Below are positions 19,380 to 29,618 of a stretch of 64,000 nucleotides of DNA, piece after piece. A model generated the notes under the pieces. That model was not told the origin of the DNA and did no database searches. It worked only from the letters and a program-made list of their open reading frames with translations. Origin of the DNA: a virus. Location of the stretch: IMG/VR virus record IMGVR_UViG_3300037248_000024, positions 34,051 through 98,050 of that record; one strand, written 5' to 3'. Both the position numbers and the translations under genes were made by a program. Position 1 is the stretch's first letter. The number at the start of each line of letters is the position of its first letter.

Positions 19380-19858
19380 TCATCCGCCCTCCAACGCACG
19401 ACGCGCGGCTTGTTCGAGGGCGGCGCGGGCTTCTGTGTCCGTTTCATATCTTCCGACAAGTTCACGTTCACCAAAAGTCAGAAAAACCGCCCATGGTTCA
19501 GTTGGATTCAGGATTGGCGCGCGACACAAATAACCAAGGCCAACCCGACCAACAAAAAGATTGTCGATAGTGCCATCTTTGTTGGCCGCGCCCCACGCCA
19601 GCCGCGTGTTGATCGTGGTCATATCCTGTCTCCATTCAACGCGATCCGCGCCTCGGCTTCCGTGATTTGCTTCGCGTCCCGCAACGTCGCGCATAATGGT
19701 AGGTCTCGCGTATCGCCATTGCCGCTAAGTACGAGATGACCGCCCCATTTTGTGCGATGATTGACCCAGCCGATATAGATGCGGCCGGCATAGAGATCGT
19801 GGGTTAACGTTCTCCGGTCCAGTTTCCAGGTGAGGGTCACGTTCGGGATCGTGGTCAT
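19380..19858 (-). CDS. two tandem paralogous small genes (19380-19622, 19619-19858)
   Basis: Both start ATGACCACGATC and align end to end (L.W ... L..GR..G ... A....E..AR.AL.G). Confidence 0.7.
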
Positions 19859-20434
19859 TGAGCGTGCCCCGACAAGAATTGTCCAGCCACCGCGCATGCC
19901 GCCGACAGGAAGATCAACGCCGTTGGAAATATCCCCAGACCATAGCGATTCAGCGCCGCAGCCGCGTTGATTCCGGCAACCAGGCTAAGGATGTATAAGC
20001 CGTTCATACCGTCACCTTTCGGATCGCGGCGAGGGCGGTGCGGGCCGCGATAATTTCTGGAAATGCGTCTTTGGCTATTAAACCATCGACAAGACGTAAC
20101 AACTTACCCAAAGCCTCCCCGGCCAGCTTCAACGCGGCGTCACGGGGGTCGGTGGCGGGCGGTTGAGCGAGAAGCGCGCGAATATCAGCGGCATACTGTT
20201 CGTGCCACTGCGCGGCCTGCTCGCGTCCGCCGAACATCGTTATGCTGGGACGTTCCCGGTTTACGTCCGGTCCGGTTCGTAGTCTCGCGGCCTGGTCTTC
20301 GTGGTATTTTATCGCCATCCCGATCGTCTCCGCGTCGTGGGCCTCGATCGCCGCGACCCATAATCTTAAATCATCAGCGGTGTCCGCGATGTAAAGAGTT
20401 TCGGCGAGGGCGCGGGCATGGGAGGGTGGGGTTG

Positions 20435-20878
20435 TCATTCCGCTTCGATCCTCAACATGTCGGTTGCCTCAATCCGTTGCAGAACCGTCTCGCCCGTCGA
20501 TAGCAATATCTGGCCTAAGAATGCACCTTCGAACGACATCATACCGACCTCAATGGCAGTCACCTGTCCCTTGATCCAGTCTCGCAAAATTGAATAGACG
20601 GAGAGTTGCGCCTGCTGTAGCGCGCGGCGTTCGTAGTCAACGCGGGTGCCGCGAGTCCGCGAAGTCATGGGATGATGTTTCAGCCATGCAGCGGCGTAAC
20701 CCTTGAAGCTGGCGCGGATCGTCACGTTGCGGGTTCGATATGTGAACTGGACGATGACCTCTCCTTTGTCGAACTCTTCCATGACGCCGAAGGATGCCGC
20801 GCCGAAGCCTCTCAAAAGTTTCTGCATGTCGGCCACGGCGTTCTTACCACTGGTCGCATTTTCGTATGGAAGCGCCAT
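20435..20878 (-). CDS. conserved phage hypothetical protein (MALPYENATSG...RDWIKGQ)
   Basis: GGAGG RBS; recognisable alphaproteobacterial phage ORF. Confidence 0.75.
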   Translation of the reverse strand: MALPYENATSGKNAVADMQKLLRGFGAASFGVMEEFDKGEVIVQFTYRTRNVTIRASFKGYAAAWLKHHPMTSRTRGTRVDYERRALQQAQLSVYSILRDWIKGQVTAIEVGMMSFEGAFLGQILLSTGETVLQRIEATDMLRIEAE

Positions 20879-22643
20879 CACCCTCCTCCCAACCCAACCA
20901 CGAACGCCCGGACGGCCGCACACAGCAATGCCGCGCACACCGCCAGTCCGATCGCCTTCTGGATCAGTCCACGGCGTCTGGCGGCGCGGCAGGTCTGGCA
21001 ATGGCAGCGCGCCGGGATTTGGAAGGGGAAGGCGCGCGGGGTCATGGCCGTTGCCTGGGACGAAGATGGATGCCGCGGCGTTCGAGGGCGTCGCAGATAG
21101 CTTCTCCAGCGGCGTGAGTCACACCCAAGAAGATGCCCCCGGCTGCTACCAGGATGGCCATCCCAAGCGTTCCAAATAGCATGCATCCGAATACGCCTCT
21201 CGCATTATCCGGCGCGTCCGTGGCAACCACGAACCAATGCCCAAGATAATAGGCGCCATAGAAAAAGGGGACCAAGAGAACCGCAACAACGCCAGCCCCC
21301 ATCACGCTTTCCGTGATCTCGCGGCGCGGTTCGCGGAGGATGTTCGACAGTGACATTGGCTGTTCCTTTGCGGTTATCAGGTGTCGGCGCGAAGGGTCAT
21401 GTCTCATCCTTCCATTCACCGAGTTCGCGGAGGGCGGCTTCGGCGCGGTCGCAGGCGGCGCGGTGGGTCGTTACCGTTTCCTGATTGAGATGACTCGCAG
21501 GCACATTCATGGTTGCCGCCACCTGCGTCTTTAGTTGCTGGAAACCAATCTCCCTTATGCGGTCAGATGCCTCTTTGCCGACCCTGATATAGGACCGGGT
21601 GCCGGGCACCTTACTACTTCCATATCGCCGATCATATTTTGTCTTGTCGCTCAAAATGATTAGATGCGTTGTCACTTGACGAACCGTCTCCTGGTGCGGC
21701 GAAAAGCCAAACAAGAACAGCGTCACAGTATCCCCCTTGGCCACCTCTGCCAACGTCTGCGGCTCTACCCGATCTGTCATCTGACTATCCCTTTCATTCA
21801 GCCAATCACCGCCCAACACACCACCATCCCGGCGCAGGCGATGGCGAGCGAAACGGTAACGGCGTGCATCAGGCGGGGGAGGAAGTCGGTCACGCGGCGC
21901 CGCCGAGATGTTTAGCGCGGTAATGATCGAAGAACGCTTCACACTTCATCGTCGCCTGGAATTTCTTTTTGCAGCCAAGGACGACGCAGGGAAAGAATGT
22001 CTCTGACCGCGAGCGTCTAGTTCTACGCGGAACTTCTGTTTGCGGCTCATCGTCAGGTTGGCAAGCCGAACAGTACATCGGATATCCCGGCCCATCCGCG
22101 CCAGGAAATCCATCTGCTGTGTCGTGTAGAAATTCACCGCAGCCTTGGCACATCGTTCCATCCAGCATCATGTCCGCGATTTCGCCCATCTCATCCTCCC
22201 CAAATCAAAGTCAGCACCACCATCAACAAATCGAACGCCAGCACCGCGATAATCAATGGCCACGCGCGACCGAAGGCGGCGCGGAGGGCGATGGGGTGGA
22301 TCACGACGCCCTCGGATCATTACATTCGCCTGACGGATTACAAGAACGGCAATGCGGGCAGATATAGCCGTGGGCTACGAGCCGATCCCCCTTGCATCGC
22401 GTGGTTTTGGGACCAAAAGCTCTGCATAACCGGAGCATGTCCTGCTCATCAGGATCGAGTGCGTCAACCGGAGGCGATACTGGCTTGTCCCGTGGCACCG
22501 GAGCGGCCCAAGGTTTCCAGAACATGGCGCCTCCCTGAGTTTCCAGAAGCGCTATCCAGGTCGTTCCATCATCGGCAAGGGCCAGCGTGTCATCGCCAGC
22601 CGCCACCAGTTGGATTATCTTGCGTGTCATTGCGTCCTCCCCA

Positions 22644-23573
22644 TCACGCCATGTGCTCCACACAAACCGCGCGCTGAAACTTCCCATCCAGCCGCATTCG
22701 AGGTGCGAAGCCGCCGCACCAATACCAGGACTGCGCGATGATCTGTTGCAACCGATCGACCGGCGCGCGGGTGACCATGGCGACGCCATCCACCAGTTCC
22801 GTTATTGCGTTCGCCGGTCTGAAGTCATCAGCGAGCATCCCGGCGCGATCTGCTTCAACTAGCGCGCCCGCGCCGCAAATATATATTCGCCGCACGAGGC
22901 GCTGACTCAGGGCCGGGTGTTGCTCAACAAACCATTCCGTGGTCGGCAGAAAACGAACGCCCAGGAAATCGTTGACCATTCCCTTGCGGAAGACCTGGTT
23001 GGCCGATGCCGCACCTTGAAACAATGCCCTAAAGTCAGGATCGGAGAACAACTGACGGGCCGAAACCGGGTCCAGGTGGCAGTTAAACGCTCCATCGATT
23101 TGCGGAACACCAGCATTCAAAAGTTCCGCGACGCCATCAAGCAGCGCTTGCATGGTCAGAAGATCGCCAGCCAACAATTCAGCCGTTTCGCTCCGGCGAT
23201 TGACACGGAACACTGAATCCGGGTCGGCTTCGAAGCCGCGGCGCAAGGCGTTCCGAGCGAGTTCGTCGAGGCTTCGCGCGGCCTGTTCGCCGTTGGTGTA
23301 TGCGTTTTGTAAGAACTGGCTGGCGATGCCAACGCGCGCGACCATCATATTGAGGTCGCTGATGGCGGCATAGTGATTGACCTGAAATTCCGCGATTTCG
23401 TTGCCGGCTGTAAAATCACCCTCCTGACCGATACCCACATCCGTATCAATACGATCAGCACAGAGCCGGTAGGATTTACGTGAGTTCAGCGCCTGCTCGA
23501 ACTCGCGCGCCAGGAACCCTTGCTGGATGAGAGGTTGAAGCATGGCGGGGAAGTTTCGGATATTGTCTTTCAT
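22644..23573 (-). CDS. internally shortened major-capsid-like protein (DUF4043 / N4-gp56-like)
   Basis: NFPAMLQPLIQQGFLAREF, GEQAARSLDELARNAL, LDPVSARQLFSDPDF, DRLQQIIAQSWYW, RAVCVEH match capsid proteins I recall from Acetobacteraceae. Confidence 0.75.
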   Translation of the reverse strand: MKDNIRNFPAMLQPLIQQGFLAREFEQALNSRKSYRLCADRIDTDVGIGQEGDFTAGNEIAEFQVNHYAAISDLNMMVARVGIASQFLQNAYTNGEQAARSLDELARNALRRGFEADPDSVFRVNRRSETAELLAGDLLTMQALLDGVAELLNAGVPQIDGAFNCHLDPVSARQLFSDPDFRALFQGAASANQVFRKGMVNDFLGVRFLPTTEWFVEQHPALSQRLVRRIYICGAGALVEADRAGMLADDFRPANAITELVDGVAMVTRAPVDRLQQIIAQSWYWCGGFAPRMRLDGKFQRAVCVEHMA

Positions 23574-23896
23574 CGTGACATTCCTTCCATTCTCAGAAAC
23601 GCCTCTTTCGCCTCATCGGGTGCCTTTGGCAGCAGCCGGACCATCACCGGGCCATTCCTCATATTGCCTGTCATCAATCCATGCAAAGCGGACATTTCGG
23701 TCGTATTCAGGTTGCGCCACTTCTGAATGTCGTAATTTCCGAACAGGATGCCGCGAGGGTCTCCGCGTTGCTTTCGGCCAACACTAAACCCACGAGCGGC
23801 GAGCCACGCCTCCGCTTCTCTGCAAGCGGCAAAATCGCCCGGCTTATCAAATCGGATGCCGTGGCGGAGAAGTTCTGTTTTAACTGAATCGTCCAT
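23570..23896 (-). CDS. conserved phage hypothetical protein
   Basis: AEAWL...GFSVG...PRGI...IQKWRNL. Confidence 0.7.
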   Translation of the reverse strand: MDDSVKTELLRHGIRFDKPGDFAACREAEAWLAARGFSVGRKQRGDPRGILFGNYDIQKWRNLNTTEMSALHGLMTGNMRNGPVMVRLLPKAPDEAKEAFLRMEGMSR

Positions 23897-24558
23897 GGTT
23901 ACTTTCCCTCCGCCTCCGCCAGTTCCCGCCCCGCCGCGCGCACCCCGAACGTCAACGCATACTCACACCCGGCATGCCTCCGCTCACGAACGACTGATGT
24001 CCCATCCGCGAAAACATACCGGATGCGCGGACCAATGGCCTCGGCTGATGCGACGGAATGCCAGTCCGGTGCGCCGTCCCCCTTCCACGAAACCGGGATG
24101 CCGCGCGCGATGGCGGCGTTGATCTCGTGCGCCTCATGGGCGGCGAGTTGTGCGCTGGTGCGCTGGACGCCTCTGACGTAGGGGTGAGGGCCGTCATCGT
24201 GCCAGACCGGGCGTGGGGCGGTCGGGCGTGGCAACGCCGCCAGCCGCTCACGGGAGGCGTCGGAGAGGGCGGCGATGCGGGGGGAGAGGGGGATCACGTC
24301 GCGTCCACCACTTCAGAGATCGGCTCAATGGCGACATCGGAAAGTGAGGCAGCGTGTAATCTGTCCCGCACTGATCGTGCGGCGATCGTGGCCATACGGA
24401 CGCAATGCGCATTATGACCAGGACACCGATTAAGCGCCGGGTCTTCTGCCATTATTTCGCTGAGTTGTCTGTCTATATCCAAAAGGTGGTTCAGCATTGA
24501 TTCCACGTCGCTTCGGGTGAGAGTGTTCATAATTACCTCGCTATTGACTGGCCCGGAA

Positions 24559-24882
24559 CTATGGGGCGATTCCTGAGTTGTAATCTTCCTCATGGTTTGG
24601 TCCCATTTCGCTCTCAAGCCACGCCTTGTATTCATCGCTCGCATCACCAAGGCATGCCCGGAATTCCATTTCGCCGTTATCCCACCGGGCAATATAAACT
24701 TTGACGGGCGTGCCTTTCAGAATACGGACAACCTGATCCAGAACCCATGCCTTGTGGTGGTCTCCGTCGATTTGTCCGTATTGCTCGATCCAATGGAGCG
24801 CCCATTGCTCTTTGGTGCAGCCCGCGAATGGGCCGTCATCATCGATCAATGTTTCACCAAGATAGCCTTCCATTACGGCCAC
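24559..24882 (-). CDS. conserved phage hypothetical protein
   Basis: YGQIDGDHHKAWVLDQ...GIAP. Confidence 0.7.
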   Translation of the reverse strand: MAVMEGYLGETLIDDDGPFAGCTKEQWALHWIEQYGQIDGDHHKAWVLDQVVRILKGTPVKVYIARWDNGEMEFRACLGDASDEYKAWLESEMGPNHEEDYNSGIAP

Positions 24883-25034
24883 TCCCCTTCCCTCTCCATC
24901 GCCCGATCCATCTCCTCATCAGGAACACACTCGGTATCCACCACGTCGCCGGGCGCCATCACCTCCGCGAGGTGCCAGCACACACCGACAGCGGGACACG
25001 CCAGCGGGCCGGTGCCGCGGACGATGGCGCGCGG

Positions 25035-25190
25035 GGTCTGGGCGAGGGCGCAGATTGACATGCTCTGCTCCTTTCGGATTCAGATTTCCGAAGCTCGACA
25101 TCAAGCCGTCCTCCGGATGCTTCCTGCTTCGTCCGGTCCTTTAGGAGGATGTCCGTCCACAGGCTTCAACGCGCTGTCCGCGCGCCGTAG
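25035..25190 (-). ncRNA. putative TnpB omega/reRNA; guide starts TCTGCGCCCTCGCCCAGACC
   Basis: Right-end-derived RNA inferred from known TnpB biology; boundaries approximate. Confidence 0.6.
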
Positions 25191-26341
25191 TATGATGATC
25201 GCCGCGTTGGTGTCGGCATTGGCTTCGTATCCGCATCCTGTGCAGACAAACCGTACCTGATCCTGTCGGCTTCGTGCATCCACCACGCCACATTCAGCGC
25301 ACGTCTGGCTTGTGTATGCGGCTGGAACTTCGATGAGCCTGCCACCACGATCCGCCAGCTTGTAGGCCAGCATGGTCCGGAAACCGCCCCATCCCTGATC
25401 CAGAATGGCACGGTTCAGCGCTGCCTTTTGCCGGACCATCCTGCCCGGTTCGGCTGCGGTGCCTTTCGCAGATGCGGTCATGTTCCGCACCTTCAATGCC
25501 TCCAAAACGACAGCGCCGTGGTTCTTGGCGATGTCAGTTGAAACCTTATGGAGGAAGTTCTTACGGGCGTTCGCCACCCGCATCTGTATCTTCGCCACGC
25601 GGCGGATGGCCTTGCGGCGATTGGACGAACCGCGCTTCTTGCGGCTCAGGTCGCGTTGCGCCTTCCGGAGCGCCCGGAGCGCCTTTTTGCCGCAGTTCAC
25701 CGGGGCGATGTTGACGCCGTTGGACAACGCGGCGAATACAGCGACGCCGCGATCAATTCCGACCGCTGGCAGAGTGGATGGCGCTGGATCAACTATCTTG
25801 TGCTGCCATTGAACGGAGACGCGCCATTGTCCCGCGTGGCGTGAGACAGTCGCGTTGCGAATGTCTCCAACAACGCGGCGCCAACCTCGAAATGAAATCC
25901 ACCCTAGTTTTGGCAGTTTAATACGTCCAGAAGAGTTGCCGGTGCGTTCAATCCTAAAGGCCTCCGGGTGCGGAAACCGAAAGCTATCATTCAACCCCTT
26001 CTTACGCGGCGTTGGGTACCCGGAACGACTCTTCCACCAGTTCTGATAGGCTTTGTTGAGGTCCATCATCACCTGATGCAACGCATCCGCCGGTACATCC
26101 CTAATCCAATCAACTTGCCTTCGAAGCATGGTGACTTCACGGCACTGACTGGCAAAATTGATCCCCCGTCCGGCGCGGCCAAAAGTCCGCCGCTGTTCCA
26201 AGGCGAGGTTGTAGACGAACCGGCACGCACCCGCGAATCGCGCCATTTTCTGCGATTGCTCGGATGTCGGGTAGAGCCGATAGGTGTTGGCCTTGCGAAT
26301 AATCATAGGCGCACCATGCCAGACTCCAATCCGCGATGCAA
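25055..26341 (-). mobile_element. IS200/IS605-family solo tnpB element (IS1341-like), no tnpA
   Basis: tnpB followed by GCCTGTGGA...GAAGCAGGAA, a terminal hairpin TCC-GAAA-GGA, and the end GCATGTCAA; left end not identified. Confidence 0.8.
25101..26306 (-). CDS. tnpB: RNA-guided endonuclease TnpB
   Basis: YRLYPT HTH; RuvC D (GIDRG), E (VLEAL), D (NADTNAA); Zn finger CAECG/CTGCG. Confidence 0.95.
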   Translation of the reverse strand: MIIRKANTYRLYPTSEQSQKMARFAGACRFVYNLALEQRRTFGRAGRGINFASQCREVTMLRRQVDWIRDVPADALHQVMMDLNKAYQNWWKSRSGYPTPRKKGLNDSFRFPHPEAFRIERTGNSSGRIKLPKLGWISFRGWRRVVGDIRNATVSRHAGQWRVSVQWQHKIVDPAPSTLPAVGIDRGVAVFAALSNGVNIAPVNCGKKALRALRKAQRDLSRKKRGSSNRRKAIRRVAKIQMRVANARKNFLHKVSTDIAKNHGAVVLEALKVRNMTASAKGTAAEPGRMVRQKAALNRAILDQGWGGFRTMLAYKLADRGGRLIEVPAAYTSQTCAECGVVDARSRQDQVRFVCTGCGYEANADTNAAIIILRRADSALKPVDGHPPKGPDEAGSIRRTA

Positions 26342-26403
26342 TAGCAAAATCGCACAATCCGCGAAATTATTGCCTTGACCCTCCCAGGAACCTCGTATAG
26401 GAT
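26313..26403. promoter_or_regulatory. divergent promoters with 10-bp direct repeat CAATCCGCGA (26327, 26355)
   Basis: Minus strand: TTGCAT-17-CATGGT-6-ATG(tnpB); plus strand: TTGACC-17-TAGGAT-7-ATG(26411). Confidence 0.7.
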
Positions 26404-26410
26404 GCGATCC

Positions 26411-26632
26411 ATGAGCCTCAAACAGATCATCAAGGCCCAGGGCCGCACACAACGGTGGATCGCCGGGGAACTCGGCATCTCCGAGGATACATTCTCTCGT
26501 ATGATACTCGAAAAGCAGCCGTTCCCCGTCGATAAGGTCGAACCACTAGCTGACCTGCTCGGTGTTCCGGTGGTGGACGTGCTGCACGCGGTCGCACCGC
26601 CCGGTGCCACCCCACCCGCGAGCGTGTCGTGA
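26411..26632 (+). CDS. Cro/XRE-like HTH regulator
   Basis: GRTQRWIAGELGISEDTFSRMI. Confidence 0.85.
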   Translation: MSLKQIIKAQGRTQRWIAGELGISEDTFSRMILEKQPFPVDKVEPLADLLGVPVVDVLHAVAPPGATPPASVS

Positions 26633-27700
26633 CCGCCATCCTCAACGTCGCCACGCCGGAAGGCCGTGCTCTCGGTCGAGAGATTGCCCGGCTCTGCGAC
26701 GGCGAATTGAAAAACAAACCCGATAACCGTTGCGGGACCTGCGCGGGTCGTGGTGGCGATCATCTCGCGAACGGTTCGCCAGCAACACTGATGTCGTTCG
26801 TCAAAAGCATCGCGGAACGAACGCCGTTCTGGTGCCATGAGCATGATCGTCCCTGCGCTGCATGGCTGGCGCTGCGGTTTTCGAAACCCGTGGAAGTGCC
26901 ATGGGATCACTGTCAGGTCGCTGACGATGCGCCTTGGCTGGTGACCGGCGATGGCGTCGTGGTGACGCCGGATGCGCGTTCGTATTCATCTTTATTGGAG
27001 TCATGACCATGCCGTTCGATCCTGAAATCCCTCTCCGCGACACGCCAACGGTTCATCCGAGGTGGCGGGAGATTGCCACGCTTCACAATATGAAGGCTCG
27101 CCTTTCCAACCCCGACCAATGGTGTCGAGGAAGGCTGTTCGATGGCGCGGCGTCTTGTCTCGTCGGTTCGCTGTGGCTTTCAAATGGTATTGCCGATCCG
27201 ACGGAATGGTCACAAATGCCGATCAGCGGCCAGCAAATATATGACCGGCTGAGAAAACTCACGGCGCGGAGAGATGTCGCGAGTTTCAATGATGATCCCG
27301 CCGTCTCTCATGACGATGTCATGGGTCTTTTGGAGATGGCGTTGCAATCGTTTGAGATGGAGTCCTGATCATGCCCCGCGATGTCCCGTTGAACTTCCCC
27401 GAAACCGAAGCCGCGCCGGACCTGAGCGTGCCGACGCTGCGGGGGTTGGCGTGGTTGTTACGGCACAAAGAGATGTGGCCAAAAAACCATAGATGGGACT
27501 TTAAGGAGTGCGATACGTGCGCGATCGGACTCTCTCAAAGAATGTGGCCCGGAACCAATGCGATAAAACTCACGGGCGATTACGATATGGCACGGTATTT
27601 TTTCAATCGGAGATCGTATCTTCCGGTGGTGGTCGCGCACGTTACCCCAGAAATGGTAGCGGATCGGATCGACCAATGCCTTACCCGGAGCGCCACCTGA
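26629..27700 (+). CDS. three hypothetical genes (26629-27006 Cys-rich, 27003-27368, 27371-27700)
   Basis: Coupled ORFs; CGTCA...FWCHE...CAAW; CLVGSL...FNDDP. Confidence 0.65.
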
Positions 27701-27915
27701 TGCCCACCGGCACCGTCAAATGGTACAGTTCCGAGAAGGGTTACGGCTTCATTTCCCCGGACAACAACACCGGCGGACGGGACCATTTTGTTCATCGCAC
27801 CGCCCTGGCCCGCGCCAACATCGCCACGCTCCATGAAGGCCAGCGCGTCGAATACGAACTGGAACGCGACGACAGGACGGGGAAGGTGGCGGCGGTGGGG
27901 TTGAGGGTGGTGTGA
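27700..27915 (+). CDS. cspA: cold-shock protein
   Basis: MPTGTVKWYSSEKGYGFI...DHFVH (RNP1/RNP2). Confidence 0.93.
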   Translation: MPTGTVKWYSSEKGYGFISPDNNTGGRDHFVHRTALARANIATLHEGQRVEYELERDDRTGKVAAVGLRVV

Positions 27916-28133
27916 TGGGCGCTTCCGAATATCTTCGCGGCAATACCAATCGTTACCGGCCGAATCATAAGCCGGAGACTATTGGTTATGCCCGGCATCT
28001 TTGGGATCATGATTGGTCGGCGTCGGAAATAGCGGCGCAGATCGAACTCAGCCGGAACGCGATTTGCGCCATCGCGAGACGGAATGATTTCGCGGAGCGC
28101 GGGTCTCCGATAAAGAGACGAACCAATGGGTAA
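27912..28133 (+). CDS. GcrA-like N-terminal HTH protein
   Basis: ARHLWDHDWSASEIAAQIELSRNAICAIARR resembles GcrA LW..G.SASQIA..L..TRNAVIG. Confidence 0.65.
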   Translation: MMGASEYLRGNTNRYRPNHKPETIGYARHLWDHDWSASEIAAQIELSRNAICAIARRNDFAERGSPIKRRTNG

Positions 28134-28953
28134 GGCCATGGGCTCAAACGCACGGGCCTATCCAATGGGCGGCATGGCACGCTACCGCAACGTCCCGATG
28201 ACGGAGCCGGTGCCGCGTCATCGTGTGGGGTTGGTCGCCGATAGCGTGGCCCTCCTGGAAAATCGTTCCATCCACCAGAGTTATGTTTTTGACGCGGAAG
28301 ACCGCGAACGAGTGCTGATTGATGGCATCAACAACGCCAAGATCGGAAATCGCGTCACCAAAGGCCCGTGGAGGGGGATGCGAATTTTTACCCTGGCACT
28401 TGAAGAACGCGCAACCTGTCCGGCGTCATGTTCTCTGCTTCGGGAATGCTACGGAAACGGAATGCCTGTCGCGGTTCGGTTCCGGCATACACCTTCTCTC
28501 ATGGCGCGGCTGGACGAAGAATTAGCTGTGCTTGACGATAAGTATCAGAACGGCTTTGTCGTTCGTCTCCATGTGTTGGGTGATTTCCCCACCGCGCTTT
28601 ATGTTCGGCATTGGGAAGTCTGGTCTGATGAATTTCCGGCGCTTCATGTCTGGGGCTATACGGCACATCCGCGCGATAGCGAAATAGGCCGCTTGATCGC
28701 TGGCATGAATGACCACAGGCCAGACCGCTGGTCGATTCGTTTCAGTGTGCCTACAGATGTCAGGTGGTCGCCCATGCAAGCCGCCACGATCTGGACGCCG
28801 GAAGAAATGCACACGCCGCTTGACGCATTGGTGTGCCCACAAGAGTTAGGAAAGACGCAGACCTGCGGGACATGCGCGCTTTGCTGGTCTCCGGCAATGA
28901 AAGATACACGGATTCTGTTTCTTGGACACGGCGGCAGGGGGCACAAGAAATGA
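28126..28953 (+). CDS. GP88-like Cys-rich (radical-SAM-like) protein
   Basis: TCPASC...CYG, RLHVLGDF, WGYT, CP...CGTCALCW. Confidence 0.7.
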   Translation: MGKAMGSNARAYPMGGMARYRNVPMTEPVPRHRVGLVADSVALLENRSIHQSYVFDAEDRERVLIDGINNAKIGNRVTKGPWRGMRIFTLALEERATCPASCSLLRECYGNGMPVAVRFRHTPSLMARLDEELAVLDDKYQNGFVVRLHVLGDFPTALYVRHWEVWSDEFPALHVWGYTAHPRDSEIGRLIAGMNDHRPDRWSIRFSVPTDVRWSPMQAATIWTPEEMHTPLDALVCPQELGKTQTCGTCALCWSPAMKDTRILFLGHGGRGHKK

Positions 28954-29249
28954 TAACCATCCCAGACATTCAGTTCGCCGTGGCGAGTGAGTTCAGCGTC
29001 TCCATGGCAGACATGGTGGAACGCCAACGTTCGGCGCGTATCGCGAGGCCGCGTCAGGTCGCGATGTATTTGTCTCGTCTTCTGACGGGACAAAAGTTCG
29101 TGGCGATAGCCTCGCATTTCGGTGACCGGCATCACACAACGATCATCCACGCGATCAACCGTGTTGGCTGGTTTATTGAAGAAGACATGACATTCGCGAG
29201 CATCGTCGCCGGTCTTGAATACCGGCTTCGCGGTATGCGTGACGCCTGA
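28950..29249 (+). CDS. stand-alone DnaA C-terminal DNA-binding domain
   Basis: RSARIARPRQVAMYLSRLLT...FGDRHHTTIIHA matches DnaA domain IV. Confidence 0.9.
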   Translation: MITIPDIQFAVASEFSVSMADMVERQRSARIARPRQVAMYLSRLLTGQKFVAIASHFGDRHHTTIIHAINRVGWFIEEDMTFASIVAGLEYRLRGMRDA

Positions 29250-29618
29250 CCAAAACCGAAGCCGCCCGGTCGCGCGGCACATGAGAAGGAATGAGATGAT
29301 GACCAAACCATTGACCGTGACTTTCAATATCGACCAGCCAGACAACATTCTGGAACGTGGCGCCGTGCTGACCGATACCGCTAAGGCCGTCGAAGCCTTC
29401 AAGACCTCGATGGAAGGGGCCAAGCATAAGCTGACGGTGACGACGACCGAGGGCGAGCCGGAGGTGAAAACGCGCAAGCCGCGCACCGTTCATCCGGTGG
29501 CCGACGCTCCGGCGCAACCGCCCGTCGTGAAGCCGCGTTCGTTGCATGGCGATGCTGATACGAAAGTCGCCTGAACACACCGCCCGCGCCTCTCGCGCGG
29601 GTCATGGAGGGAAAGAGA

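Noticed and set aside
25101-26306. TnpB as a nuclease-dead TldR repressor or a Cas12
   Set aside because: All three RuvC acidic residues are present, and there is no CRISPR array or cas gene nearby.
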